In this document: in pieces, positions 25,280-37,969 of the stretch
Layout: each line of letters opens with the position of its first letter
How positions within the stretch are numbered: position 1 is the stretch's first letter
Program-made: the position numbers and the translations under genes
Notes under the pieces: model-generated
Database searches by the model: none
The model's input: the letters and a program-made list of their open reading frames with translations, nothing else
What the model was told of the DNA's origin: nothing
NCBI RefSeq assembly: GCF_023055435.1
Contig: NW_025964112.1
Location: 40,548,001 to 40,612,000, forward strand
Source of the DNA: Haliotis rufescens
Lineage: Eukaryota
Length of the DNA: 64,000 bases
Reading direction: 5' to 3'

Positions 25280-26205
25280 CATAGACGTTCATTTCTAGCA
25301 AGTTGTGGCCGGTCGTCCACGTGTGACGTCACGTCAACAAGACAACCATATTCGGTTGATGCATCTACGGAATCGATACCAAGCTGCTACATTAACAGCT
25401 CGAACAATTCCTGAGTTGAGACCAAATAGTGGCAGAACCGTACGCAACCGGTTGAGGGGGGACAACATCCGGTCCCGACCTCCAACGATTGTGCTTCCAC
25501 GTCATGGTTAGGCACGCCTAGCTTAGTGTAGACAGCATCGGAGATTTAGAAGACAAGACTGGTACAGTATACTGTTCACAGATGGGTCCAGGTTTCACCT
25601 GGACAGCAAGAAGACCATGCAAGGCGTCTACATGAGAATGCTTGCGTTACACAGCGTCGTCAGTTTGGGGATGGAGGTGGAATGGAATAGGGTGCCTACA
25701 CAACTTGTCATTGTTAGTGGCAATTGGAATTGGGTCCGCTTCCGGGACGACATCATTCAAGTTCATGTTCTACCATGTTCTAAATTCTAACATTTCTGCA
25801 CTGCCATAGCTGGCTTTTTCGCCAGACCTGTCCCCCAAAGAACTTGTATGAGATGAGAATGAGGGACGCCTACAACAGGAATAGAACCATCCTATTATTG
25901 CAGCACAGTTAAGCAAAGCGTTGGTTAATATTTGGACCAGGCGGTTTTCAATCATCCGGTGTCTTCATTGCACCGCCGCTGCCTCGCCTTTATATACGCA
26001 AAAGGTGGTCACGAGGTTGACATTGTTAATTCACCACCATCTTTTAGGGTGTGTCGCTCTATCTCCTGCAATCAGGTATGGGTTTTGTCAATGAATCTGT
26101 TATGGCAAAACACTGATCAGACGAATGACCAAATATCATGCTCTATAGATTAACATTTACACCACTTTTTATAAACCACAGTTACCGTTTTTTCCACCTG
26201 TATAT
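25280..26205 (+). mobile_element. Decayed Tc1-like transposase remnant
   Basis: GRPRVTSRQQDNHIRLMHLRNR...RTVRNRLR (HTH region), then WYSILFTDGSRFHL and PDLSP.ELV*DE, interrupted by stops and frameshifts. Ends are approximate. Confidence 0.85.
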
Positions 26206-26869
26206 ATCATAGCTCTCATAGCATTGTGCAAGGAATATATAGCATTAGGTCAGTTGAACAATTTCAACAGTAAACTTTTCATGAAATGTGTATGCGAAAC
26301 TCGTTGTACAAACAAATGTTTATAATGGTCATATTTCTGTCATGTTGAGACGTTTAATTTCCATAATGTGGCTGTTTCGCCAGAGTTCGTAAACTAAGAT
26401 AAGCAATATCAAATTATTATATGTTGAAGAATATGTATATTCTACCAATGACAACATCTCGCACTGATTTAACACACTGGAATTAAGACATTCATCGGGT
26501 TCAACTTCTCTATTCGTTTCGAGAGCGGTGTTTTCCAGTGATATAATCTTATGTGCTCTCATAAATCTATATGTTACAGAACTGTACACATGTAAAATCA
26601 TTTTTTTAAATGTAATAGCATGATACTAATAACAACTCGTTCTTTGTACCTGATTGGTTCACCTTCATCCTCGTTAAGGTAGCTCTTTTGAAGACATACA
26701 ACTGGTTCTCTTTCATGGATCAATCGGTAACACCTCTGTCTTCTGATCAAGTGTCATACGCTTTATTACACGTTCTTCTATGTAAAATTGTCTGTACAGT
26801 CCTTATTCCGCATCACTTCTACAATAAGCTGACAGGCTGTGATGCAAAAGAATTACTTCATATCAAAGA

Positions 26870-26926
26870 CCCGCCGTGATATTGCTGGAATATTGCTAAA
26901 AGCGGCGTAAAACCATACTCACTCAC
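26870..26926 (+). mobile_element. Young 5'-truncated SINE 3' fragment (family C)
   Basis: TSD TCATATCAAAGA at 26858-26869 and 26927-26938. Confidence 0.9.
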
Positions 26927-27700
26927 TCATATCAAAGAGGGCCTTAATTCAAATCCTTCACTCCTCAAACTCCTGAACACGATAAAATATGAATTCTTGA
27001 AAGTCGGATCTGATACGGATATCGTTAATAAACTTACCATGAATTGATGAAGTTTTCTCATGTCGTGGTATAAACAAGTTATCGTTTCTCGCTTCATTTG
27101 TGGAAGATGTGACATTATTCACGAATCGTATCCGGGGTGGGTATGACATTCTGTGCGTGAGATCCGGTCTAGAACATTTTTTGGCAAAGACGGCGTGCTA
27201 GTTACGTTCACTTTACTTACTCTCAGAGCAGGGATTTCATTGACGACCCCTGGGATTAAGGTAATTATAGTGACCGTTCATTGACGTCAGCTTCAAATTA
27301 TTGGAAGTTTGTTTGAATACTTTTCGAATGTTAATCCACTTAATTGAATCGTAAACATCAATGAAACCAAATAGCTTCCCTCGTCTCATTGTGTTCTATT
27401 GTCAGTAAGGGATTAACTACTGATCGCTAATTTGATACTTAACGACCAGTAATCCCAACACGGTGTCTGGCGCTTGTCACGTTTCCACAGCAGCAACAGT
27501 AAACACAACAGTGTCACGTTCGTTATGATGCCAAGAACGTTAGCGTGACATTATAAAGTGATCAGTGTCACTTTGCATTGGATATCAGACGAGAGGTATA
27601 AAAGAAGACTGGTAGTGGGGATAGCATCACTGTCCTCGGGTAACTGAACAAAGAGCTACATTTCTTTCTTGTAACCGGAAAATTTATACAACTTACCAAC

Positions 27701-29050
27701 ATGGAGATATGTGAATCTGGGCTGTGTCTCCTTGACAATGACCACTTAGAAAACACTACAAACACTTTCAACAGAGACAACGAAGGTAAGTTGATACTCA
27801 ATGACATTACAAATACAATCGATAAAGGCAAATAAATGAACAAATAATATTCATTGATCCGTTTAATATACTATCAGGATCAGAGAATGTTATTCGTGTC
27901 TATGAAACTATTCAAATCTCTTTTAAATATATATAACACGCACATGAATCAACTCTTTATGACAAATGTATGTAACATTTTCAGATGCAAGATCGTCGGG
28001 CTATGAATCGTGTGACTCATTCACCCAGACCTCGTCACCACCTTCAACTCCATCCTCCAAAGTCAGAGCCTCATCTAGCGGCCACAAGGAGATAATGATG
28101 TACAGCAACATGGCCGACCTGTCAGAAAGTCTACAGTACATCACTAGTATGCCGGAGTTGTGTGACGTCACTTTTCTAGTTGGCAACCGGCAGCTTCCCA
28201 TTCATGGAGTTAAAGCAATCCTGGCTACCAGGAGCAGGTAAATATCCCATACAACTGAAACACGTCAATGGTCTTTTATTCGGAAACTTTTAGAAGTAAA
28301 CACCATGATAAATGTGTGTATTCTAAATTAAAGCACATGCAACAACATGATTATCTGGCAGTAAGGATTTAAGAAAGTAGCAATGCTTCAACACATACAT
28401 TTCATCCCTGTCCTTTTATAATTATTCACACGTGCAGATGTGAGTTTCCTATGAGATCTGTAGATGAAAATATACATAGTTTCCCTTCATCTTTCCAGGG
28501 TTTTCTATCAGATGATCTTGCATCACCAGAGGAAGGTCACAGAGTCGGTGAAACCTAAATCTCGACTGAGGATGAGAGCCAAGTCGTCAGCTGTCAATCT
28601 GCACAGCAAACTCCAGATCCCAATCCCAGACTACGACCATGTTGTCTTTTCCAGTCTTCTTAACTTCTTACACTCCGGCCGAGTTCGAGTACAACTTGGA
28701 ACAGTCACAGGTGAGCAGTCAAATGTGTGTGGAGGAAGAAAAAACTTTCTGTTTATGACATTCGATATTGAAGCGTTTACTCCTTTACTGTAATAAACTG
28801 TAATATCAACAGTGAATTATAATATGTTATTATGAATATAACATCCTCATATCAATGGCTGCTTCTTATTTGAACAGGTTTATTCTGTGCTGCCATAGAA
28901 TTTGGACTGAAGGATCTGCAGAAAGCATGCTGGGACTTCTTAAAACGGTGTGAAGGTGAAGATCAGAAGAGGGCTTTGATGACGTCAACACAACACTACC
29001 TTAAGAAGAAGGGAGCTCAGAAAATCTTGTCCCAAGTGTGCAGGTTGTGA
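27701..29050 (+). CDS. BTB/POZ-domain protein (serine-enriched-protein-like), copy 1 (divergent 5' end), 240 aa
   Basis: Exons 27701-27785, 27985-28237, 28499-28710, 28878-29050 (723 nt, GT-AG). BTB motifs: LCDVTFLVG, IHGVKAILATRSRVF, IPDYDHVVFSSLLNFLHSGRV, LFCAAIEFGLKDLQKACWDFL. TATAAAA at 27597 and AATAAA at ~29594. An alternative last splice at CAA|GTGTGC cannot be excluded. Confidence 0.85.
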
Positions 29051-31689
29051 TTATTTGAGGACCGTAATTGCTCTGGTTTCCTATAATACATCTCTTGGAC
29101 ACAGTCAAACTGTGGAACCATTAGTGCTTCAATATACATTTTCAACGACTGACCATTGGCTGGCATTCCGACGGCCCGGGCGAAGCTGATCAAAGTGGAA
29201 ACTGATGTCACTTCCTATTGATTGTTAACTGACGCACAATACCAGAGATGGAGATCCCTGATTTTTCTTACACAAGCGAGAAAATCAGACAGCGAGTTGA
29301 ACTTAATGCTCCTTTAAATAGTATGTCGGTTATTCTTCCGTGTGTCAGCTTAGTGAGAGACGAAAATTTGAATTGACGCAGAGGATATCTCTGAAAGGAA
29401 TATGATCGGAACGAAGCTTCGACCAGAGTGTCCTGGCACGTCTAAGGGATGTAATTATGCATAGAGAACTATGGCGTAAATATTACTGTGTAACACTACT
29501 TAATATTGTAAGTCTCTTAGATTGTACATGTGCTATATATGTATTGTTATCCCTTTATGGGAGTTGTTCGTTTTGTTCTTGTTGTCAAATGCAAATAAAA
29601 TTTAAATCAAATCATGATCCTGTGTTGTCTGCCTGATGTTCCATTTCAGGAAGACCTGATGTCAATATTGTCTAGTTATTCTATTACGTGTGACAATTTG
29701 ACATTCTTCAGGAAAAGGAATATTTTTCTAATTCTTTAATGTTTTCCTAGAGTTTATTATCACATCTTGAAGCCACTACTTTATGATTGGCCATTACATG
29801 CCTACGTACCTGAAGGTAACTAGGGCCTTGTCTGTTCTGATAGCAAAAGGCTGGATTTAACATGATAAGCGCGCAGTAGAAAGAAAAATAGTAGAAATGA
29901 AGGAATAGCAGAGAAGTAAATGGATAGTTGTTGATGAGAAAGTGATGAATTTGATCAAATATGCTGCTTCTATCCCATTTGGACAGAACAAATATCTACA
30001 TTTTACACATTGCAAGCATATAAAATACCGGCAAAAGATCATTTGGTCCAGCGCTGGAGATATTCTCTATTTTAAACAAAACCGCTGCAATAAATAGTAC
30101 AGCATTATCATTCAACCGTATCTCATCTAACATGCGTCAACTTTTGTAACTGCATTACTCTGAACCTTCATTCCAGTTGTATCGTTTTTCTTACCACAAA
30201 TCTGCAATTTCTCTCACCGTTCATCATTTGGAAATGATTAAATAAACATTTTCTATCAGTTCATTTTCCCGACATGCATGTATCTCATCCAATAACAGAT
30301 ATAAATCGAACACGCCAAGTTTTTGACTAAATGTAAACTATTTCCATACACAACATATTTAATTCAAATGCCAGAAAAGACATGTAAATCTGTCAAAAGA
30401 CGGGGAAAAGAGGCAGTGAACATGATATCATGTTGGTAGACATGGAATGGTTTCAGAAGTGATGGAATTCGAATATGATTAGTAAACACAACATGGTGCC
30501 AGTAGTCACAGAGATGTTCCTTGTATCTGTTCATATAGAACAAGATATCCGTTATCATTAATTAATGCTGTACTTGGAAGATGTAGACTGATTAAAATAC
30601 AGAATAACTGTGTTTGGTCCCCAAAAACTATCCGATGCCGATATTCAGTCACTTTTTAAGAATATTCTTTATCGCATACAGCAGTTGTTTTATGCACCCG
30701 ACATGCTATGGAGAACAATCATATCATTATTATCTGTATTATTTGTCAATACCCTCAATAATATAATCACTGTACAATTCCAACCATGCACAATATTTTC
30801 CAATTGTTATGATTGAGCAATAACTGCAAATTAATAATTTCCGCTGAGTTTCTTCACACACTTTATTCAGTATATAAAGTATATGCTCTTTGTGTCAGAC
30901 TTCAATACAAAGTGCATCTATGAAATGTAACTGTTGTTTGAACATAGAGAAAATATCCATTTCACAAGAACACAAATACATTTACAGTGTTAAACAGATT
31001 GTTATAGATTATAGGATATCGGGTGTATGATAACCTTATTAGGTTCTATAACATCGCCATCAACTCAAAAGCATGTGCATAGGGAAACTGTTGCACTGGA
31101 TTTAATGATCTTAAACTTATCAATTGAAATAGACAAGTTGATCATCCACACTATCTTCTTATCAATTACCAGTTGTTTTAGTTAACTACGGAAACAAACT
31201 CACTTGTGTATGTAATGAGATATTTGGTAAGAAAACAAGCACGTTTCTTACCATATTGATTTCTTACTTCTTCAATAAATACGGATTAAACATATTAGTA
31301 CAGTACATACAGTACGTTCATAGTATCTAATAGTTCATCTTTCTAACGGATATCCATTTTAAACACCCTTGACGCAATTTTAGGATTGTTTCTTGGAATA
31401 GGAATAGTTTTCTTCAGGTGGCGCTTTTCGTTTTATAAAGAAGCCATCATCTCGGCTCTTCATTTACGGAACGTGTGACTTTATCCACACAGCGTGTGCG
31501 GAATGAATGAGCCTTGCATGGTGCATAGTCAGAAGATTCCTTTCTTGAACAAATTCCGGAAAAGATGGATGCCACTTACTTAGTGTCAAACGCAAACAAA
31601 CTTCATTCCACTTTAGATAATTGTCAGAACATAGGTTTAAGTTTCAATGACGACTCCCGACATCACAGTAATTACAATGACCGTAAGTT

Positions 31690-32055
31690 CACTGACGTCA
31701 ACAGCGTTTTCAATCTGTTTAAATCATTTCCGAATGCTAATTCAACTAATTGAATAGTAAAAATCACTGGACGCAAATACCTTACCTAATCTGATTATGT
31801 TCTATTGTTTGTAAAGGATTAACTATTGATCGCTAATTTGATACTTAACGGCCTTTAATCCCCCGATCCCAACATGCTCTTTGGCACTTGTCACGTGACC
31901 ACAGCAGCAAAAGTAAACATTACAGTGTCACGTTCCCAATAATGCTAAGAGCGTTGGCGTGACATTGTAAAGTGATCAGTGTCACTTTGCGTTTGGCCAC
32001 GTGGTATTGGAAAAGGGGTATTAAACGTGATTTGTAGAGAGCCTAACATCACTGT
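31690..32055 (+). promoter_or_regulatory. Proximal promoter of the BTB gene (copy 2 shown; repeated in each unit)
   Basis: CRE palindrome TGACGTCA at 31693-31700, GTCACGTGAC at 31890-31899 and CCACGTGG at ~31998. The TATA position reads TATTAAA (TATAAAA in copies 1 and 8). Inr-like TCACTG lies ~30 bp downstream and the ATG is at 32123. Confidence 0.6.
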
Positions 32056-32122
32056 TCTCTGGCAATTGAACATACAGCTAATGTTCATTCTTGTAACCGG
32101 ATAACTCATACAACTAAGCAGC

Positions 32123-33510
32123 ATGAAGAGATGTGAATCTGAGCTCTGTCTCCTTGACAGCGACCTCTTAGAAAACACAACAAACACGTACAACAGAGAT
32201 AGCGAAGGTGAGTTAATACTCAATGGTATTATGTATGTAATCGATAAAGTCAAATAAATGAACACATAATATTCGTTGTTCCGTTCAGTATGCTCTCAGC
32301 ATAAAAAATACTCGTTCTGAAGAAAACATAAAAAACTTCATCTTTTATATGAAACTATGCAAAGCTCTTTCAAAATATATCTTACTTGCGCATGAAACAA
32401 GTGTCCATGTCAAATGAATGGCTAAATTTATGTAACATTTTCAGATGCAAGATCGTCGGGCTATGAATCGTGTGACTCATTCACCCAGGCCCCGTCACCA
32501 CCTTCAACTCCATCCTCCAAGGTCAGAGCCTCATCTAGCGGCCACAAGGAGGTAATGATGTACAGCAACATGGCCGACCTGTCAGAAAGTCTACAGTACA
32601 TCACTAGTATGCCGGAGTTGTGTGACGTCACTTTTCTAGTTGGCAACCGGCAGCTTCCCATTCATGGAGTTAAAGCAATCCTGGCTACCAGGAGCAGGTA
32701 AATATCCCATACAACTGAAACACGCCAATTGTCTTTTATTCGGAAACTTTTAGAAGTAAACACCGTGATAAATGTGTGTATTCCAAATTAAAGCACATGC
32801 AACAACATGATTATCTGGCAGTAAGGATTTAAGAAAGTAGCGATGCTTCAACACATACATTTCATCCCTGCCCTTTTATTATTATTCACACGTGCAGATA
32901 TGAGTTTCCTATGAGATCTGTAGATGAAAATATACATAGTTTCCCTTCATCTTTCCAGGGTTTTCTATCAGATGATCTTGCATCACCAGAGGAAGGTCAC
33001 AGAGTCGGTGAAACCTAAATCTCGACTGAGGATGAGAGCCAAGTCGTCAGCTGTCAATCTGCACAGCAAACTCCAGATCCCAATCCCAGACTACGACCAT
33101 GTTGTCTTTTCCAGTCTTCTTAACTTCTTACACTCCGGCCGAGTTCGAGTACAACTTGGAACAGTCACAGGTGAGCAGTCAAATGTGTGTGGAGGAAGAA
33201 AAAACTTTCTGTTTATGACATTCGATATTGAAGCGTTTACTCCTTTACTGTAATAAACTGTAATATCAACAGTGAATTATAATATGTTATTATGAATATA
33301 ACATCCTCATATCAATGGCTGCTTCTTATTTGAACAGGTTTATTCTGTGCTGCCATAGAATTTGGACTGAAGGATCTGCAGAAAGCATGCTGGGACTTCT
33401 TAAAACGGTGTGAAGGTGAAGATCAGAAGAGGGCTTTGATGACGTCAACACAACACTATCTTAAGAAGAAGGGAGCTCAGAAAATCTTGTCCCAAGTGTG
33501 CAGGTTGTGA
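32123..33510 (+). CDS. BTB/POZ-domain protein, copy 2
   Basis: Exons 32123-32207, 32445-32697, 32959-33170, 33338-33510. Intact; starts MKRCESELCLLDSDLL. Confidence 0.85.
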
Positions 33511-36500
33511 TTATTTGAGGACCGTAATTGCTCTGGTTTCCTATAATATATCTCTTGGACACAGTCAAACTGTGGAACCATTAGTGCTTCAATATACATT
33601 TTCAACGACTGACCATTGGCTGGCATTCCGACGGCCCTGGCGAAGCTGATCAAAGTGGAAACTGACGTCACTTCCTAGTGATTGTTAACTGACACACAAT
33701 ACCAGAGATGGAGATCCCTGATTTTTCTTACACAACGAGAAAATCAGACAGCGAGTTGAACTTAATGCTCCTTTAAATAGTATGTCGGTTATTCTTCCGT
33801 GTGTCAGCTTAGTGAGAGACGAAAATTTGAATTGACGCAGAAGATATCACTGAAAGGAATATGATCGGAACGAAGCTTCGACCAGAGTGTCCTGGCACGT
33901 CTAAGGGATGTAACTATGCATAGAGAACTATGGCGTAAATATTACTGTGTAACACTACTTAATATTGTAAGTCTCTTAGATTGTACATGTGCTATATATG
34001 TATTGTTATCCCTTTATGGGAGTTGTTCGTTTTGTTCTTGTTGTCAAATGCAAATAAAATTTAAATCAAATCATGATCCTGTGTTGTCTGCCTGATGTTC
34101 CATTTCAGGAAGACCTGATGTCAATATTGTCTAGTTATTCTATTACGTGTGACAATTTGACATTCTTCAGGAAAAGGAATATTTTTCTAATTCTTTAATG
34201 TTTTCCTAGAGTTTATTATCACATCTTGAAGCCACTACTTTATAATTGGCCATTACATGCCTACGTACCTGAAGGTAACTAGGGCCTTGTCTGTTCTGAT
34301 AGCAAAAGGCTGGATTTAACATGATAAGCGCGCAGTAGAAAGAAAAATAGTAGAAATGAAGGAATAGCAGAGAAGTAAATGGATAGTGGTTGATGAGAAA
34401 GTGATGAATTTGATCAAATATGCTGCTTCTATCCCATTTGGACAGAACAAATATCTACATTTTACACATTGCAAGCATATAAAATACCGGCAAAAGATCA
34501 TTTGGTCCAGCGCTGGAGATATTCTCTATTTTAAACAAAACCGCTGCAATAAATAGTACAGCATTATCATTCAACCGTATCTCATCTAACATGCGTCAAC
34601 TTTTGTAACTGCATTACTCTGAACCTTCATTCCAGTTGTATCGTTTTTCTCACCACAAATCTGCAATTTCTCTCACCGTTCATCATTTGGAAATGATTAA
34701 ATAAACATGTTCTATCAGTTCATTTTCCCGACATGCATGTATCTCATCCAATAACAGATATAAATCGAACACGCCAAGTTTTTGACTAAATGTAAACTAT
34801 TTCCATACACAACATATTTAATTCAAATGCCAGAAAAGACATGTAAATCTGTCAAAAGACGGGGAAAAGAGGCAGTGAACATGATATCATGTTGGTAGAC
34901 ATGGAATGGTTTCAGAAGTGATGGAATTCGAATATGATTAGTAAACACAACATGGTGCCAGTAGTCACAGAGATGTTCCTTGTATCTGTTCATATAGAAC
35001 AAGATATCCGTTATCATTAATTAATGCTGTACTTGGAAGATGTAGACTGATTAAAATACAGAATAACTGTGTTTGGTCCCCAAAAACTATCCGATGCCGA
35101 TATTCAGTCACTTTTTAAGAATATTCTTTATCGCATACAGCAGTTGTTTTATGCACCCGACATGCTATGGAGAACAATCATATCATTATTATCTGTATTA
35201 TTTGTCAATACCCTCAATAATATAATCACTGTACAATTCCAACCATGCACAATATTTTCCAATTGTTATGATTGAGCAATAACTGCAAATTAATAATTTC
35301 CGCTGAGTTTCTTCACACACTTTATTCAGTATATAAAGTATATGCTCTTTGTGTCAGACTTCAATACAAAGTGCATCTATGAAATGTAACTGTTGTTTGA
35401 ACATAGAGAAAATATCCATTTCACAAGAACACAAATACATTTACAGTGTTAAACAGATTGTTATAGATTATAGGATATCGGGTGTATGATAACCTTATTA
35501 GGTTCTATAACATCGCCATCAACTCAAAAGCATGTGCATAGGGAAACTGTTGCACTGGATTTAATGATCTTAAACTTATCAATTGAAATAGACAAGTTGA
35601 TCATCCACACTATCTTCTTATCAATTACCAGTTGTTTTAGTTAACTACGGAAACAAACTCACTTGTGTATGTAATGAGATATTTGGTAAGAAAACAAGCA
35701 CGTTTCTTACCATATTGATTTCTTACTTCTTCAATAAATACGGATTAAACATATTAGTACAGTACATACAGTACGTTCATAGTATCTAATAGTTCATCTT
35801 TCTAACGGATATCCATTTTAAACACCCTTGACGCAATTTTAGGATTGTTTCTTGGAATAGGAATAGTTTTCTTCAGGTGGCGCTTTTCGTTTTATAAAGA
35901 AGCCATCATCTCGGCTCTTCATTTACGGAACGTGTGACTTTATCCACACAGCGTGTGCGGAATGAATGAGCCTTGCATGGTGCATAGTCAGAAGATTCCT
36001 TTCTTGAACAAATTCCGGAAAAGATGGATGCCACTTACTTAGTGTCAAACGCAAACAAACTTCATTCCACTTTAGATGATTGTCAGAACATAGGTTTAAG
36101 TTTCAATGACGACTCCCGACATCACAGTAATTACAATGACCGTAAGTTCACTGACGTCAACAGCGTTTTCAATCTGTTTAAATCATTTCCGAATGCTAAT
36201 TCAACTAATTGAATAGTAAAAATCACTGGACGCAAATACCTTACCTAATCTGATTATGTTCTATTGTTTGTAAAGGATTAACTATTGATCGCTAATTTGA
36301 TACTTAACGGCCTTTAATCCCCCGATCCCAACATGCTCTTTGGCACTTGTCACGTGACCACAGCAGCAAAAGTAAACATTACAGTGTCACGTTCCCAATA
36401 ATGCTAAGAGCGTTGGCGTGACATTGTAAAGTGATCAGTGTCACTTTGCGTTTGGCCACGTGGTATTGGAAAAGGGGTATTAAACGTGATTTGTAGAGAG

Positions 36501-36581
36501 CCTAACATCACTGTTCTCTGGCAATTGAACATACAGCTAATGTTCATTCTTGTAACCGGATAACTCATACAACTAAGCAGC

Positions 36582-37969
36582 ATGAAGAGATGTGAATCTG
36601 AGCTCTGTCTCCTTGACAGCGACCTCTTAGAAAACACAACAAACACGTACAACAGAGATAGCGAAGGTGAGTTAATACTCAATGGTATTATGTATGTAAT
36701 GGATAAAGTCAAATAAATGAACACATAATATTCGTTGTTCCGTTCAGTATGCTCTCAGCATAAAAAATACTCGTTCTGAAGAAAACATAAAAAACTTCAT
36801 CTTTTATATGAAACTATGCAAAGCTCTTTCAAAATATATCTTACTTGCGCATGAAACAAGTGTCCATGTCAAATGAATGGCTAAATTTATGTAACATTTT
36901 CAGATGCAAGATCGTCGGGCTATGAATCGTGTGACTCATTCACCCAGGCCCCGTCACCACCTTCAACTCCATCCTCCAAGGTCAGAGCCTCATCTAGCGG
37001 CCACAAGGAGGTAATGATGTACAGCAACATGGCCGACCTGTCAGAAAGTCTACAGTACATCACTAGTATGCCGGAGTTGTGTGACGTCACTTTTCTAGTT
37101 GGCAACCGGCAGCTTCCCATTCATGGAGTTAAAGCAATCCTGGCTACCAGGAGCAGGTAAATATCCCATACAACTGAAACACGCCAATTGTCTTTTATTC
37201 GGAAACTTTTAGAAGTAAACACCGTGATAAATGTGTGTATTCCAAATTAAAGCACATGCAACAACATGATTATCTGGCAGTAAGGATTTAAGAAAGTAGC
37301 AATGCTTCAACACATACATTTCATCCCTGCCCTTTTATTATTATTCACACGTGCAGATATGAGTTTCCTATGAGATCTGTAGATGAACATATACATAGTT
37401 TCCCTTCATCTTTCCAGGGTTTTCTATCAGATGATCTTGCATCACCAGAGGAAGGTCACAGAGTCGGTGAAACCTAAATCTCGACTGAGGATGAGAGCCA
37501 AGTCGTCAGCTGTCAACCTGCACAGCAAACTCCAGATCCCAATCCCAGACTACGACCATGTTGTCTTTTCCAGTCTTCTTAACTTCTTACACTCCGGCCG
37601 AGTTCGAGTACAACTTGGAACAGTCACAGGTGAGCAGTCAAATGTGTTTGGAGGAAGAAAAAACTTTCTGTTTATGACATTCGATATTGTTGCGTTTACT
37701 CCTTTACTGTAATAAACTGTAATATCAACAGTGAATTATAATATGTTATTATGAATATAACATCCTCATATCAATGGCTGCTTCTTATTTGAACAGGTTT
37801 ATTCTGTGCTGCCATAGAATTTGGACTGAAGGATCTGCAGAAAGCATGCTGGGACTTCTTAAAACGGTGTGAAGGTGAAGATCAGAAGAGGGCTTTGATG
37901 ACGTCAACACAACACTACCTTAAGAAGAAGGGAGCTCAGAAAATCTTGTCCCAAGTGTGCAGGTTGTGA
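36582..37969 (+). CDS. BTB/POZ-domain protein, copy 3
   Basis: Same 4-exon structure, offset 4459 from copy 2. ATG at 36582; TGA ends at 37969. Confidence 0.85.

Noticed and set aside
29249-29316. Possible fifth BTB coding exon after aataccag
   Set aside because: The pyrimidine tract is weak and there is a 1-bp indel between copy 1 and the others. The in-frame TGA at 29048-29050 with a downstream AATAAA is simpler. It is not fully excluded without RNA data.
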